From Eledone cirrhosa (Eukaryota), in assembly GCA_964016885.1 (NCBI GenBank), contig OZ024758.1, positions 18,166,001 to 18,230,000 on the forward strand: 64,000 bases of DNA, given 5' to 3'. Of the stretch, positions 12,476-25,858 are shown one piece after another. Every line of letters begins with the position of its first letter. Position 1 is the first letter of the stretch. A program made the translations under genes and the position numbers. Below the pieces are notes generated by a model. It saw only the letters and a program-made list of their open reading frames with translations. It was not told the DNA's origin and searched no databases.

Positions 12476-12942
12476 AGAAGCCTGGAGTTCGCATTAGAAG
12501 ATGAACAAACGTTTAAATTTAAAACCTTTTTAATGTGTAAACCTGGTGATATTGTGTTTATATTAAATTCATGCTGATCGGAAGCAACTTATATCGGTAT
12601 CATTGTCTACGTCAACGGATGATCTTTCGTTGACAACTAATGAGTGATATAAATACAAGAAAGATTTCACTACATGCACCATGGCAAAGTTCCTCTCATC
12701 TAGAATCTTTCCAATTTAACGATTTGCAAGTGACATTACTGTACATCAAATATTAAACAACGAGAAATAACTACTTAACAAATATATACTGCACTTTTAT
12801 TTTGTAATGTTAAAATTGAGGACGAAACAAGGTGACTTTTTCAATGAGCACCATATATATATATATATATATATAGATATATATATATATATGTATATAT
12901 ATATACATAGATGGATAGTAGGTAGATATACATATAGATATA

Positions 12943-13112
12943 TCATCATCATCCGGCCTCAGTCGAAATGGACTCAACAATTGATCTCCACGTGGGTCTG
13001 TCGTTCATTGCTGTTGCCACGTCCTGGATTTCAGTACCCGAATCTCTGGAGATGACATCGGAATAGGAGAACTTGCAACCCCTGTTATTAGTGACTGCTT
13101 GTGGTTTCAAAA
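12943..13112 (-). mobile_element. RTE-type LINE 3' fragment
   Basis: The minus strand translates as DVISRDSGTEIQDVATAMNDRPTWRSIV, similar to the 7546..7839 peptide, followed by a (TGA)n tail. Confidence 0.7.
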
Positions 13113-13723
13113 GCGCTAACGGATAGATTTATAGATACACAGAGTGATAGATAGATACATATAGATATATGTAGATATATAATCCTTTCTTTTCCTACAG
13201 GTTTAGAATTGCTGTTTATATACCTAAGTTTGGAAACTATATAACTGTTTTTGAGGTAAACAAATGGATTAGAGACAATTAATCCTGCCTGTCTATGCTA
13301 ATATATAATGAGAATTACTGTTGAAGTATTATTAATAATCAAGTGTGTCTTTATCAATGTTCTAGATTATATTGAAGCACGCTGGAGATTTGAGGCTGTA
13401 ATGAAAATGAAATGGTTTTGGCCGGCAAACAAAGGAAATAATGACACACGATGATTAGATCATCAGCTGCTTAAGAAATCGAAGTAATACTATCATACAA
13501 CATGTTGTTTCCCCCTCCTCTCTAATTACGTCAACATATAACGTTAATATATGCAGTATCCTGCTGGTTTCTATGTTTATTACGATCTATTCCTTAATTT
13601 CACTGACAGATCTTAAGACATGGTGCTTTAATATCATTATAGGGCAATCATCTATCTAGTCTAATCTAAGTTATACCTGATATCTGATACAAGAGAACGA
13701 GAATATAGTTGTTCTGAAAGATT

Positions 13724-13933
13724 TTAAACCTTTTAGCATTTACATTACTCTATATTTACTATTGTATTTTCGCAGTAATACATATCTCACATAATTTCGA
13801 ATCTACGGAATTTTGATATTATCTATTTTGAGAACAATAGTTTAACATCAGTATGAGCATCCTGTTATAGCTGGTTTGAACAGAAAGAGTTGAAGGAATT
13901 CTGGCCGGATATGTTCGGTTTAAATGCTAAAGG
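13724..13933. mobile_element. Putative piggyBac-like MITE; related copy at ~34999-35205
   Basis: Terminal inverted repeats CCTTTTAGCATTTA ... TAAATGCTAAAGG, preceded by TTAA. The related copy is reversed (GGCCGTATCCAGCCAG ... GTAAATGCTAAAG). Confidence 0.5.
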
Positions 13934-13939
13934 CTTCCA

Positions 13940-15045
13940 TTAGCGGTAGAGGGTCGGACGCCATGCTTTGACGCATAGAGTTACGACCCTTGCCATCTGA
14001 GTTCAAATCCCGCCGAGGTTAACTTTGCCTTTCATCCTTATGGGGTCGATAAAATAAAGTACCAGTAATACACTGGGTGATTGCTGGCCTTGTGCCAAAA
14101 GTAGAAACAATTATAATTCATTGTGAAAATATACTGGCGTAAACTAAATATATTTAAAAGTATCCTGATTACTCCTATTAAATAATTGTTTCTTCTTTTG
14201 GCACAAGGCCAGCAATCACCCAGTGTATTACTGGTACTTTATTTTATCGACCCCAGCAATTGACCAATACATTACTGGTTCTTTATTTTATCGACCCCCG
14301 TAAGGATGAAAGGCAAAGTTAACCTCGGTGGGATTTGAACTCAGAATGGCAAGGGCCGTAACTCTATGCGTCAAAGCATGGCATCCGACCCTCTACCGAC
14401 ACTGCCAATACACAATGGTTTGTGATTTAGGTTCATAGCTAGCAATTTTTGGAGTTAGAGAAAAGTCGATTTAATCGACCGTAGTGTGTTGCTGGTGCTT
14501 TATTTTATCGACCCCGTAAGGATGAAAAGCAGACGTAACCTCAGCAGGATTTGAACTGAGAACGTAAAGAGTCATAACTCTATGAATTAAAGCATATTGT
14601 TCGACACTCTATTGATGCCGCCAATCCACTGCCCTTATTAAATAATTGTTTGTACTTTGGCAATAGGCCAACAATTGTTTCAGTGCATTACTGGTGCTTT
14701 ATTTTATAGACCCTGTAAGGATGAAGGTCAAAGCTAAGCTCAGCAGGATTTGAAACCGGAACGTAAGCTGTAACTCCATGACAGAAAATTATATTGTCCG
14801 AAACTCTAGCGATACTGCCAATCCGCCACCCTAATGAACTGCGGTGAATTGGCAGTATCGGTAGAGGGTCGGACGCCATGCTTTGACGCATAGAGTTACG
14901 GCCCTTGCCATTACGGCGCTTTACGGTCTGAGTTCAAATCACGCCGAGGTTAACTTTGCCTTTCATCCTTACGGGGTCGATAAAATAAAGTACCAGTAAT
15001 ACACTGGACAATTGCTGGCCTTGTGCCAAAAGTAGAAACAGTTAT
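13940..15045. mobile_element. Cluster of five SINE copies in mixed orientation (+ - - - +)
   Basis: Plus 13940-14114; minus 14182-14410, 14415-14632 and 14642-14830; plus 14842-15045. Confidence 0.85.
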
Positions 15046-16568
15046 TTGAAAAGTTCACAGTGATACATTTTGCATGATTGACGTATCTTAAAATTGGAGA
15101 CTCATGTGTCGTGACCCAACACACTGTATAGGTCTCAACATATTTATTTCCGTTGCGAATTTTGCATATCTTTTCTGTGGTTTGATCGGAGAAATTACTT
15201 TGACATTTAACTCACTACAATATACAATCCATTCAGAAGTCTGACATTATTTCTATAGAGGAAATTGAGTCTCTGACGATGATGATGAATTTGACGATAA
15301 TGATGTTTTATTTGTTGTTGTTGTTATATTTTGTGTTTCTGTCTGTGTTACCTTGGTCCATTTTTTATTGATTAGCTATAACATTTTGTTCTGTTAAAGA
15401 TACATAGCAACCTACCAATTCTCATTTTATCTTGCTAGTTTTCTTCCATTTTATCTTTGTGCTAGTGTTATTTTTTGTTTACCTTCTCCTTCACACTTTA
15501 TAATTATATATTATTCATTTGCTACTCTTTCGTATATAGAGACTACGTTGATTTATTACTGTTATCATTCGCCGTGTCATCTATTGCTTTCCTTTTGTAT
15601 ATTTAAACGTGTTATCTGATATACGTTTGAAACTAATTTCACTGCATTCGTCTCACTGTTTGTAAATTAGCGTTTTGTTTTTCTGTGTCTAGTATCAAAT
15701 ATCTAGGCTTCTTGTATGGTATATTCTACAACTGTTTTCGGTTATATTTCAAGTTATTTATGTTTAGTTGCTGTTAACATCACCGACTGGTAATCAAATA
15801 TATATCTCAGCATATTATTTCATGTGATTTTATTTCATGAAATATAAAGGGGAAGATTACGGTGTTCTCAAACAGACACATAATTTAGTTTCCGGTGTGT
15901 GTTGTTTTTGTTGATATTTCTTAGCGATTACATCACATTGTATAATTCTGTATTCACTACATCAGGTTAAATTATTGTGACGTACGGTTCATTGTTTGTA
16001 GAACTAACAAACATACCTAACTCTTTGTGTATCAGGATGAAGGCATCACTTCTGAAAAACAGAGAACCCCAAGGTGCAATAACTGAGAAGCATGTATCTT
16101 TTTCTTGATCCTAATTTAGACCAAACTCCATAATTCTCACTTGAACACTAGTGGCAAAGACAGGATATTAGAATAAATTACCTCGATTGCATAGCCTATT
16201 GGCCTTTTTCTAGCAATGAGCCACATTGCAATCAGCATACCCTGGATGTTTTCCTTCTTCTTTGATTTAAAGACCCCATCCTGGCTTTACATTTATTCCA
16301 TCAGACGTGACGTATCTTAAGGTGGGTCACTCTTAAGATTTCAAGGCAATTTTGAATTTGGACGAGGCATTCAGAAGGTCAAACCTGTCGCAGTTTGTTT
16401 AACATTGCTATTGGTATTGATCCACCACTTCTTCTATGTTTTCCATACGAGAGCACCTTTCGCATTGCATCCACTCAATAGAACTGATATATACATTCAG
16501 CAAGGAATTAGCAGCAACATATCTGCCAATCTATATACGACTGTATTATCAAGGAGGAATACAGTTTA

Positions 16569-16758
16569 TAATTGTTTCTGCTTTTGGCACAAGGCCAGAA
16601 ATTACTCAGTACATTACTTGTGCTTTATTTTATAGACCTCGTAAGGATGAAAGGCAAAGTTAACCTCGGCGGGATGGGAACTCAGATCATAAAGGGCCGT
16701 AACTCTATGCTCAAAAGCATGGCGTCCGACCCACTACCGATACTGCCAATCCACCGCG
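16569..16758 (-). mobile_element. Major SINE copy
   Basis: Full-length reverse complement of the consensus. Confidence 0.85.
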
Positions 16759-17649
16759 CTTTATAATGAACACTAGTGTATATCATATTTGTACATATAT
16801 GAAATGTAGATCGATAGTACCAGTTTGTTGTATATCGTCATGGGGTTAAATAAAATTAACTCATTTAGTATATATTTATACTATATATTTATACATCGCG
16901 TTTTATTTCATTTAATGACAAGGCATTTATAACAGTAATTAAATAATTAATTCCGGGTATATTCTATATGATATTGAAGCATTAAATGTGTCTATGTGAT
17001 ATTGTAACTGACTTTGGAGTCTGTCTGGTATTGCTTTTATGTTTTAGAGTATATGAGTAAACACAACAGGTGTTCATGTATAAAGTAATTAGAAGTGTCT
17101 ATGATCGTTAAATAACATTATTATCCATAAGCCATTATCCCATGAAATTATAATCACTGCACACTTATTTACCATCAATTGTTTCCAATTATACACGTAC
17201 CTCATTAAGATAGGATTTGAATGATTCTATATGATTTCTGTATACTGCAGCTATAGATTCTATCACTCGTATCCGAGAAATCACTCAGACACTTAATGTG
17301 CTTAGCTCACATTCTGATTTACTCTGATACAATGAATAACAATACCATTTTAGAGATAAATATTCTGAGTTTTTGACAAGAAAATCTTTAAATGATTAGT
17401 CTACCAAAGACATTAACAACACACCCATCCAATTCTGTTTCTCTATAAGTCTATATTTGTTTTCATTTAATCTCACGTTCTTGCTGGGACTTAATAAATT
17501 TTGCTGTGTATATATAGAACAAAATATACTATAGATCTGAGGAAATCTAAGAATTTTAGTATGCACCGAAATTATATCTCTGCAGCCTCTAATTGAAACT
17601 GCTCCTTATTTATAAATTATTTCCTCCTCTGTATAATAACAGCACTCCC

Positions 17650-17710
<61 letters not shown>

Positions 17711-17779
17711 GTAGAGTATGGTAAAAACCAGGTAGAGCATAATCCACGAGAATACTCGATACATAGGGTAGGAGAATGG

Positions 17780-17841
<62 letters not shown>

Positions 17842-17882
17842 AATGTATTAATAAATGGAAACTATATTTATAAAACGATATT

Positions 17883-17946
17883 TATTTTATTATATATATT
17901 TCAAGGGCGACCAACCCAACTTGGTGCGCTTTCATCAGATAAAATA
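17883..17946 (-). ncRNA. Type-I hammerhead ribozyme (family F)
   Basis: Minus strand TATTTTAT-CTGATGA-aagcgcaccaagttgggttggtcgccctt-GAAA-TATATA-TA-ATAAAATA: 8-bp stem I, bulged stem II, palindromic stem III ATATATAT, AUA triplet. Confidence 0.75.
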
Positions 17947-18210
17947 CAAAATTTGTTTATTAATAAATAGCGACATACCCATGGAAATCACACTTTAACG
18001 GTGGGAAATTCGCTCCATAGTGGAAGCCTATTAGGAGTAATTCAAAGTTATGTGTGAATATGCAAATTAATGTATGAAACATTGAAAAAACAACCGTTTA
18101 TTTAAATTAAACATTTATATTTGTCGGAATTACAACAAATTAAATACAACATCAACACCTATATATATATCGAGCCCTCTTTGGCTTTTAGTCTTCAAAT
18201 TTATTATTAT

Positions 18211-18255
<45 letters not shown>

Positions 18256-18287
18256 CATATGTATATATCTATATATGTATATATATG

Positions 18288-18522
18288 TAGGAGGTGAGTT
18301 TTATTGTAGTACAATAAAGCAATGCAGATATCGGATAAGAAGCACTCTACAGTTTGTGGGACTAAAACTGCACTATCCACAAGTGTTTTTTAGCCTTCAT
18401 ATCATGTTCTCCTGTTTTATCTGATGAAAACACAAATATTATTGCTTGATGATGTTTGTTTTTGAAATGCGCATAATAAAATATATGGAACTCCTTTAAC
18501 CATCTTTTGATCTTATATTATG
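18288..18522 (+). mobile_element. PLE-like element family C, rearranged copy; HHR at 18415-18481
   Basis: TTTTAT-CTGATGA-aaacacaaatattat..atgatgtttgttttt-GAAA-TGCGCA-TA-ATAAAA. Segment 18288-18363 is the inverted 3' part of the 24570 and 29381 copies. Confidence 0.8.
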
Positions 18523-18554
<32 letters not shown>

Positions 18555-18777
18555 CGTGTGTGTATGATTTCCTCTTCACTATTTTATATCTGACAAGTCA
18601 CGTTATCTCTATAATATACTAACATCCTTTAATGATATTGTAGCAAAATGTATAGCGATAATTTGTTTGCCTTTAAATATACATCTAAACATACATGTGC
18701 ACCTATACACAATCACAGTAACATACATAGACACAGACATATACGTATATACATATATATGTATATATATACACATA

Positions 18778-18840
<63 letters not shown>

Positions 18841-19308
18841 GTGTACATATGTTTGTACAAGTTTATTCAAATGTTGATGAATATTTACACATATAAATCA
18901 TATTGTTGTTTACGTATAACTTATGTATGTACAGGATTATATGAACTAAGTTATATGTTTGAACACGTGTAACATATTTAGTTTACGTATCACCAGGATA
19001 AGAAATAATACGAACAATATAAACACATATTACATATATAACACTAACATCATATACATGTACCTATATTTCAATCAGAATTCAGAAGTAAATCTCTACA
19101 AAAATACTGGAAAGAGAATTAGAAAGAAGTAGATATTAAAAAGCAAATTTTGTTATGTTGCAAATTCGATATGTGGTTCAGTACACGTTTATTTGCTTTA
19201 ATATTATATAAAATAGATGAATACATACAGAGTCTTTATTTAAAACATTAGACATGCAGATATTTTGTGAAATTTTCGCTATGGAATAAGGACGAGAGAT
19301 TTATATTT

Positions 19309-19497
19309 AATTGTTTCTACTTTTGCCATAAGGCCAGCAATTACCCAGTACATTACTGGTACTTTATTGTATCGACTCCGTAAGGATGAAAGGCAAAGTT
19401 AACCTCGGCGGGATTTGAAATCAGAATGATAAGGACCGTAACTCTATGCGTCAAAGCATGGCGTCCGACCCTCTACCGATACTGCCAATCCACCGCC
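19309..19497 (-). mobile_element. Major SINE copy with target-site duplication
   Basis: Full length; GAGATTTATAT.TAA occurs on both sides. Confidence 0.9.
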
Positions 19498-19517
19498 CTC
19501 GGGAGATTTATATATAA

Positions 19518-20063
19518 CTAGCAGTAAAGCCCGGCGTTGCTCGGGGTCGCTCAGTAGCTGTGTTAAAGTTACAATGTTAAGTTTCTTTTTTGGCTTAAAG
19601 TCTGTCTGCACGACTGTCTGTCTGCACGCCTAACGAAATTTATAGACTTGTTTTCAAGTAAAAATATTGTTTTAAAATACTTTTAAATGGAAATGAAGCA
19701 AAACGGAAGCTTAGTGTTCGAACTGATGAATTTTGCAGGTCAACATTTTGCTGGCTCGACAACTGTTCGTGTATTGTGTTAATTTCATTTTAAACGCTGA
19801 GAAAGCCTGCGCAATTTTTTTAAGACGCTCAATGTAAACAGAACAAAGGGAAATAACTCGTCACTTACGCTCAAAAATCGATACATTAGATTCGATTTCG
19901 TCACATAGGGTGGGTCAATTTGAAATATTTTTTTTCCGATGTCTTCGCTAGGGCTCAATGTACAAGTATAGCAATTTCGGTGCAATTCTGTCAGAGATTC
20001 TAAGAGGAGATGTGTGCCAAATATCGATAGACAGACAGACAACCACAGCTTTATATATATAGA
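19518..20063 (-). mobile_element. Non-autonomous Helitron
   Basis: The minus strand starts TCTATATATATAAA, contains (GTCT)n, and ends with the hairpin CCCGAGCAACGCCGGG about 8 nt before CTAG. Inserted between A and T with no TSD. Confidence 0.8.
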
Positions 20064-20236
20064 TGAACGTACATAACCACAGGAGCGCAAACATATTGGC
20101 GCATCCTGACATAAACGTATACGTACATGTTTTAAAAAAGAAAAATATATTGGGAAATGTGTAAATAGAATATGAGATTCTGAAGGAGGTCGTATGTGTA
20201 TAAAAACAGATTGAAGGATGTGGCTGAGGAGCATAT

Positions 20237-20238
<2 letters not shown>

Positions 20239-20319
<81 letters not shown>

Positions 20320-20411
20320 GGAGAGAGAGAGGGAGAAACAGACATATATAAATTATATATATATATATATATATATAATGTATATATTTTTATATATAAT
20401 ATATATATATA

Positions 20412-20468
<57 letters not shown>

Positions 20469-20691
20469 GTATATATATTTATATATAATATATATATATA
20501 TTGGATATATATATATATATTTATATAATATATATACAATATATATATATAATATTTTATAATGTATATATATATATAAATATATATATACATAATGTAT
20601 AAATATATAATGTATATATATATATATATATATATAATGTATATATAATGTATTTATATAATGTATAGATATAATGTATATTTATATATAG

Positions 20692-20724
<33 letters not shown>

Positions 20725-20748
20725 CATTATGTATATTTATATAATGTA

Positions 20749-20828
<80 letters not shown>

Positions 20829-20840
20829 AATATATATATT
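20239..20840. repeat. Long degenerate (TA)n/(AATGTATA)-type microsatellite
   Basis: Direct reading. Confidence 0.9.
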
Positions 20841-21181
20841 TGTGTGCGGATGAATCGATGCATAAGTGTATGCATTTTTGTATGAGTGCTGGGAATTAAA
20901 TTGAAAAATAATTGCCCATCTTTGTAAGCTGATTATGGAATCTATTCAGATATATAATCAGATTAGGTTTAGACACAATATGAAAAGATATGCACAACAT
21001 ACAAAGACATCCAGGATATAAATTAAGTATAAATATAAATATATATAGTTACTAACTAACGATTGAAATAAATATATAGATAGATATATGAATTATGGAA
21101 TCCAGATAAATAATATAAAATATTGCAGTAAAATATATCTGAATCTCATATACATATGTGTTTATATATATTTATTTATTA

Positions 21182-21239
<58 letters not shown>

Positions 21240-21254
21240 CATACTTATATACAT

Positions 21255-21337
<83 letters not shown>

Positions 21338-21339
<2 letters not shown>

Positions 21340-21779
21340 GGAGGGTCATATTTGCGTAATATTGCCAGAATTAATAACAGAACACACTCACTGTTTGGTT
21401 GGTTTTCGCTTCTCGCTGTCTTTTATATATATATATCTGCGATCTAACTTACTCGGTCCTCAATGTTGCCATTGACTGACCGGCGGTCAAAAATAATACA
21501 GATACAATATAGACAAACACATATATATATAGTTTACATAAATCTTTCGTATTATTTTTGACCGCCGGTCAGTCAATGGCAACATTGAGGACCGAGTAAG
21601 TTAGATCGCAGATATATATATATAAAAGACAGCGAGAAGCGAAAACCAACCAAACAGTGAGTGTGTTCTGTTATTAATTCTGGCAATATTACGCAAATAT
21701 GACCCTCCCCAAATATAACAATATCTGTTTCGACACACGATTTCATATAAAAAACCTCGCAAAACTAATTCATCGCCGC
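21338..21779. mobile_element. Palindromic element: 162-bp inverted arms, 49-nt spacer and 3' extension; relative at 54216-54631
   Basis: 21338-21499 is the reverse complement of 21549-21710. The ORF track shows the same peptide [29 protein letters not shown] on both strands. Confidence 0.9.
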
Positions 21780-21815
21780 TATATATATATATATATATAC
21801 ATATATACATACAAA

Positions 21816-21850
<35 letters not shown>

Positions 21851-22408
21851 GTACCCACAACACACATCTACATTCGGAAGTTTATGAAAGATATACAGAT
21901 AAATAGATAGAAGGCTTCATCTGCGCATGCATATGTGTGGAGACAAAGTTGCGTAAGATATATATATTATTCCAATCTCTCTCTCTCTATATATATATAT
22001 ATATACATGCAATCACTATATATCTTTACTTGAAATACCAGGCTGCGAAACATAAAAATATATCAACTTTACGCTAATGAGATGCACATGAATAAATTAT
22101 GAAGTGATGTACTGAATGACACATGCAAAATATTGAAACTAATAAAGATATCATTCCTAATTACAAACCGAAAACCAGAAATTCAACAGCAATTATTAAC
22201 GAGTCTTAATGAAAAGCACGGAGAATTAATTCTACAGATTATATTTATGTTTATGAGCGCAGACATGGAATTCTGTGTTTAAGGAGCGGAACAAAAGTCT
22301 GATTCAGTTACATAAGCAAGCCTCTTGTAAGTCATTGGAAAACCATTATTCAAGCATGTATGTTCACACGTATTCAAGTATGTATGTTCACACACACGCG
22401 CATATAAT

Positions 22409-22441
<33 letters not shown>

Positions 22442-22670
22442 TATAGGTCTTTCTCTGGTTAAAAAAACCTTCAATTCACAGACATTGGTTGATCAGGATC
22501 TTTTACAGTTTTGTGTGGCTGGCCAGAGTCTAAAAGTGTGCCAACCTCTATAATCTGACAAGTGATAGCAGTACTCTTAGAGTTTGCAGTCATCATCATA
22601 TGTATATATGTATATATATATATATCAGCCCCATGGATTTTACCTATTACATTCACGTATTATATTTCGA

Positions 22671-22728
22671 ATACCTGATGATATCACCGGATTCATACGG
22701 AACCCGGTCATTGAAATGATCATAGTAT
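22671..22728 (+). ncRNA. Type-I hammerhead ribozyme (family D) inside element 22626-22925
   Basis: ATAC-CTGATGA-tatcaccggattcatacggaacccggtcatt-GAAA-TGATCA-TA-GTAT: palindromic stem III ATGATCAT, AUA triplet. Homologue at 63459-63775. Confidence 0.8.
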
Positions 22729-22922
22729 AATAAACCTTTCAAGGATTTACACAAATCCAGCCTCCTGTCATTTCATTATAATATTTAACTCCGTAATAGC
22801 ACCACCAACTACAAAAACAAAGACGGTTGAACTGCTTTACGTTGAGTACTCTCTATATTATTGCATTACGATTGACCATACAGAATAGACCAGCTCTATA
22901 CAGTGGTGAACCTCAAATTGGA

Positions 22923-22998
<76 letters not shown>

Positions 22999-23060
22999 CA
23001 TATTTATACGGGAACACAACAGAGAGGCAGACGAATAAGGGTTTATTAGGTTCACGCTTT

Positions 23061-23108
<48 letters not shown>

Positions 23109-23154
23109 AAAGAGTGAATAATAACATGGTCGGTTGTACAAAAAAGGTTTTATT

Positions 23155-23273
23155 TACAGTATTAACAATTGTTTCATTGATCAGGTGAGTCTAAAGGCCG
23201 CTAATCACTCGGAGTTGCGTCACTCCACCTCAAACACAGTGTGTGTCTCTGATCAAATCATCGGAATACTGTA
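23155..23273 (-). ncRNA. Type-I hammerhead with long stem II and CCGATGA core (family G)
   Basis: Minus strand TACAGTATT-CCGATGA-tttgatcag[~65 nt]ctgatcaat-GAAA-CAATTG-TT-AATACTGTA: 9-bp stem I, palindromic stem III ACAATTGT, GUU triplet. Confidence 0.7.
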
Positions 23274-23307
23274 TACATACTGTATATATATATATATAAA
23301 TTTTATT

Positions 23308-23350
23308 ATAGAAATGGCTTCTACAGGAATAGAACTGTTTCATTCGAATA
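23308..23350 (-). mobile_element. Truncated family A fragment (3' half of the HHR)
   Basis: ATAGAAATGGCTTCTACAGGAATAGAACTGTTTCATTCGAA matches 7936-7975 and 33861-33901. Confidence 0.6.
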
Positions 23351-24090
23351 TCTGCGAGGATGTTAGTTTGTGTGAAGTATTTGTATGGTGGACAGTGTAC
23401 AAAACGTCATAAAATGTGTATGAGCATGAGAAATGCACGAGGAATGCATGAGTGTTGAAATATGTGGGAGTGTATAGAATCATGCATTGTAGCATAACTA
23501 TGGCATTATTGAAAGAAATTTAGTCCAAGTATTCATACTAACTGGATTGACATAAAATATTACTGATCTTACCAGCTAAAGATATCAACAGAGTTAGGTG
23601 TAAAAGATGTATGCAGATTTTTATAAAAACAGCGACATCTATAGATACCAAAGACAGTAAATCCGGCTAAGCTAATGTATAACATCACTGCAACAATTTT
23701 CATTAACACATGATGTATACGAGATGAATTACTCGAGATGAAACACATGATGCACACGAGAAAAATATGAATAGGTTTATGAGAATATAGAAAGTTATAT
23801 TTTTTTCTACCAAACACAATATTACATTGTCAGGTCACAGCCATAATGTTGTCATTAACAAAGTATGGTATCAGTTTTCTGAGTCAAGAATAAAAATGGC
23901 CGTCGTAACTTAATCATAGCCGTCTGATGTGATTTTTTATGCTTCTACATTATTCTTCAATTAGATCGACAATAGTATTAGAAGAATGGATTGTTGATTG
24001 CCTTTAATGCCGTGATTATAGCTTAGACAGCGATTGACAAAGTGTGAGCATGTAAATTGATGCCCGAAACAATTGTATGAATGGTCATGC

Positions 24091-24091
<1 letters not shown>

Positions 24092-24177
<86 letters not shown>

Positions 24178-24195
24178 AATATATATATATATGTG

Positions 24196-24254
<59 letters not shown>

Positions 24255-24275
24255 GTATGTGTATATACATATATG

Positions 24276-24325
<50 letters not shown>

Positions 24326-24326
24326 T

Positions 24327-24375
<49 letters not shown>

Positions 24376-24408
24376 CTTATATATATATATATATATATAC
24401 ATACACAG

Positions 24409-24448
<40 letters not shown>

Positions 24449-24496
24449 ATATATATATATATATATATACGTATACATATACATATATATAAATAT

Positions 24497-24554
<58 letters not shown>
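24092..24554. repeat. Long compound (TA)n microsatellite
   Basis: Direct reading. Confidence 0.95.
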
Positions 24555-24569
24555 GTTGATATGTTGATA

Positions 24570-24824
24570 TGTTGATTTAAAACTGCACTATCAACAAGTG
24601 TTTTTTTAGCCTTCATATCATGTTCTCCTGTTTTATCTGATGAAAACACAAATATTATTGTTTGATGATGTTTGTTTTTGAAATGCGCATAATAAAATAT
24701 ATTGAACTCCTTTAACCATCTTTTGATCTTATATTATGCATACTCCAGTCCCACAAACTGTAGAGTGCTTCTTATCCGATATCTGCATTGCTTTATTGTA
24801 CTACAATAAAACTCACCTCCTACA
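24570..24824 (+). mobile_element. PLE-like element family C (~255 bp); HHR at 24631-24697
   Basis: Near-identical to 29381-29634. Intact CTGATGA...GAAA-TGCGCA-TA hammerhead; both ends abut TA-rich repeats. Confidence 0.85.
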
Positions 24825-25242
24825 TATATGTATATATATATATGTATGTATATATATATACATGCATGTGTGCGTGTGTAGATATATATATATATATGCT
24901 GTGTAAGTGATTGGATAATATCAGAGTGTGTCTAATGCCTCTCATACATGTGTGCATATACATAATTTCCATTTGAGTATGTATTTACTTGTGTATATTC
25001 CAAAAAGCCTTTGCCATATAAGTATTTATGATATACTATGTTGGAGAATAACATGATATAGTAGTTTGTGTATCATGTTTCATATAGTATTTTTATATAG
25101 AATGCATTCACGTAAAATACAGGATCATGGCCTGGTTTCCGGTTATTGGTAAAAGTTGTGCGTTCGTTTTCTTTCAATGTGCTATGAATGAAAGGGAATT
25201 CTAATAGTGGCAGATTTACCATTTTTCTATAAGACACCTGTA

Positions 25243-25293
<51 letters not shown>

Positions 25294-25294
25294 A

Positions 25295-25674
25295 ATGAAG
25301 CAAGCATGCTCGGTTGGATGTGTGATGTCAATGTGCGTGAACGACCAAGCATAGACGAGTTGAGAGAGGAAATGTGTATAAGAGGGATAAGTTGTAGTGT
25401 GCGGGAGAGAAGATTGCGATGTTATGGACATGTGATGCGCATGGAGGATGCCTGCTGGGTAAAGAAGTGCCGAGAAATCCCAGTAGAAGGAAGAGGCAGT
25501 ACAGGAACACCACGAAAAGCATGGGTGGAGTTGGCGAGAGCGGAACTCAGATCGCTGAAGCTCATGGAGGAGGCGATGACGAAGGACCGTGTCAATTGGA
25601 GAGACGCCGTGCCGAATAGGACCTTCCCCACCCTTGCTAGCAGGGAAAAGCGGACGTAAAAATGATGATGATGA
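25295..25674 (+). mobile_element. RTE LINE 3' fragment
   Basis: ORF 25306..25659 contains ML.WMC.V...ER....ELRE, RRLRCYGHVMRME and G.GTPRK.W motifs; ends GGACGTAAAA(TGA)n. Confidence 0.85.
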
Positions 25675-25748
25675 TACATATATATATATATACATGCATA
25701 TATTTGTGCATATGTGTGTATATAAATGTGTGTCCATATATATGTATG

Positions 25749-25779
<31 letters not shown>

Positions 25780-25806
25780 ATGCGTGTGTGTGTGTATACA
25801 AGTATG

Positions 25807-25858
<52 letters not shown>

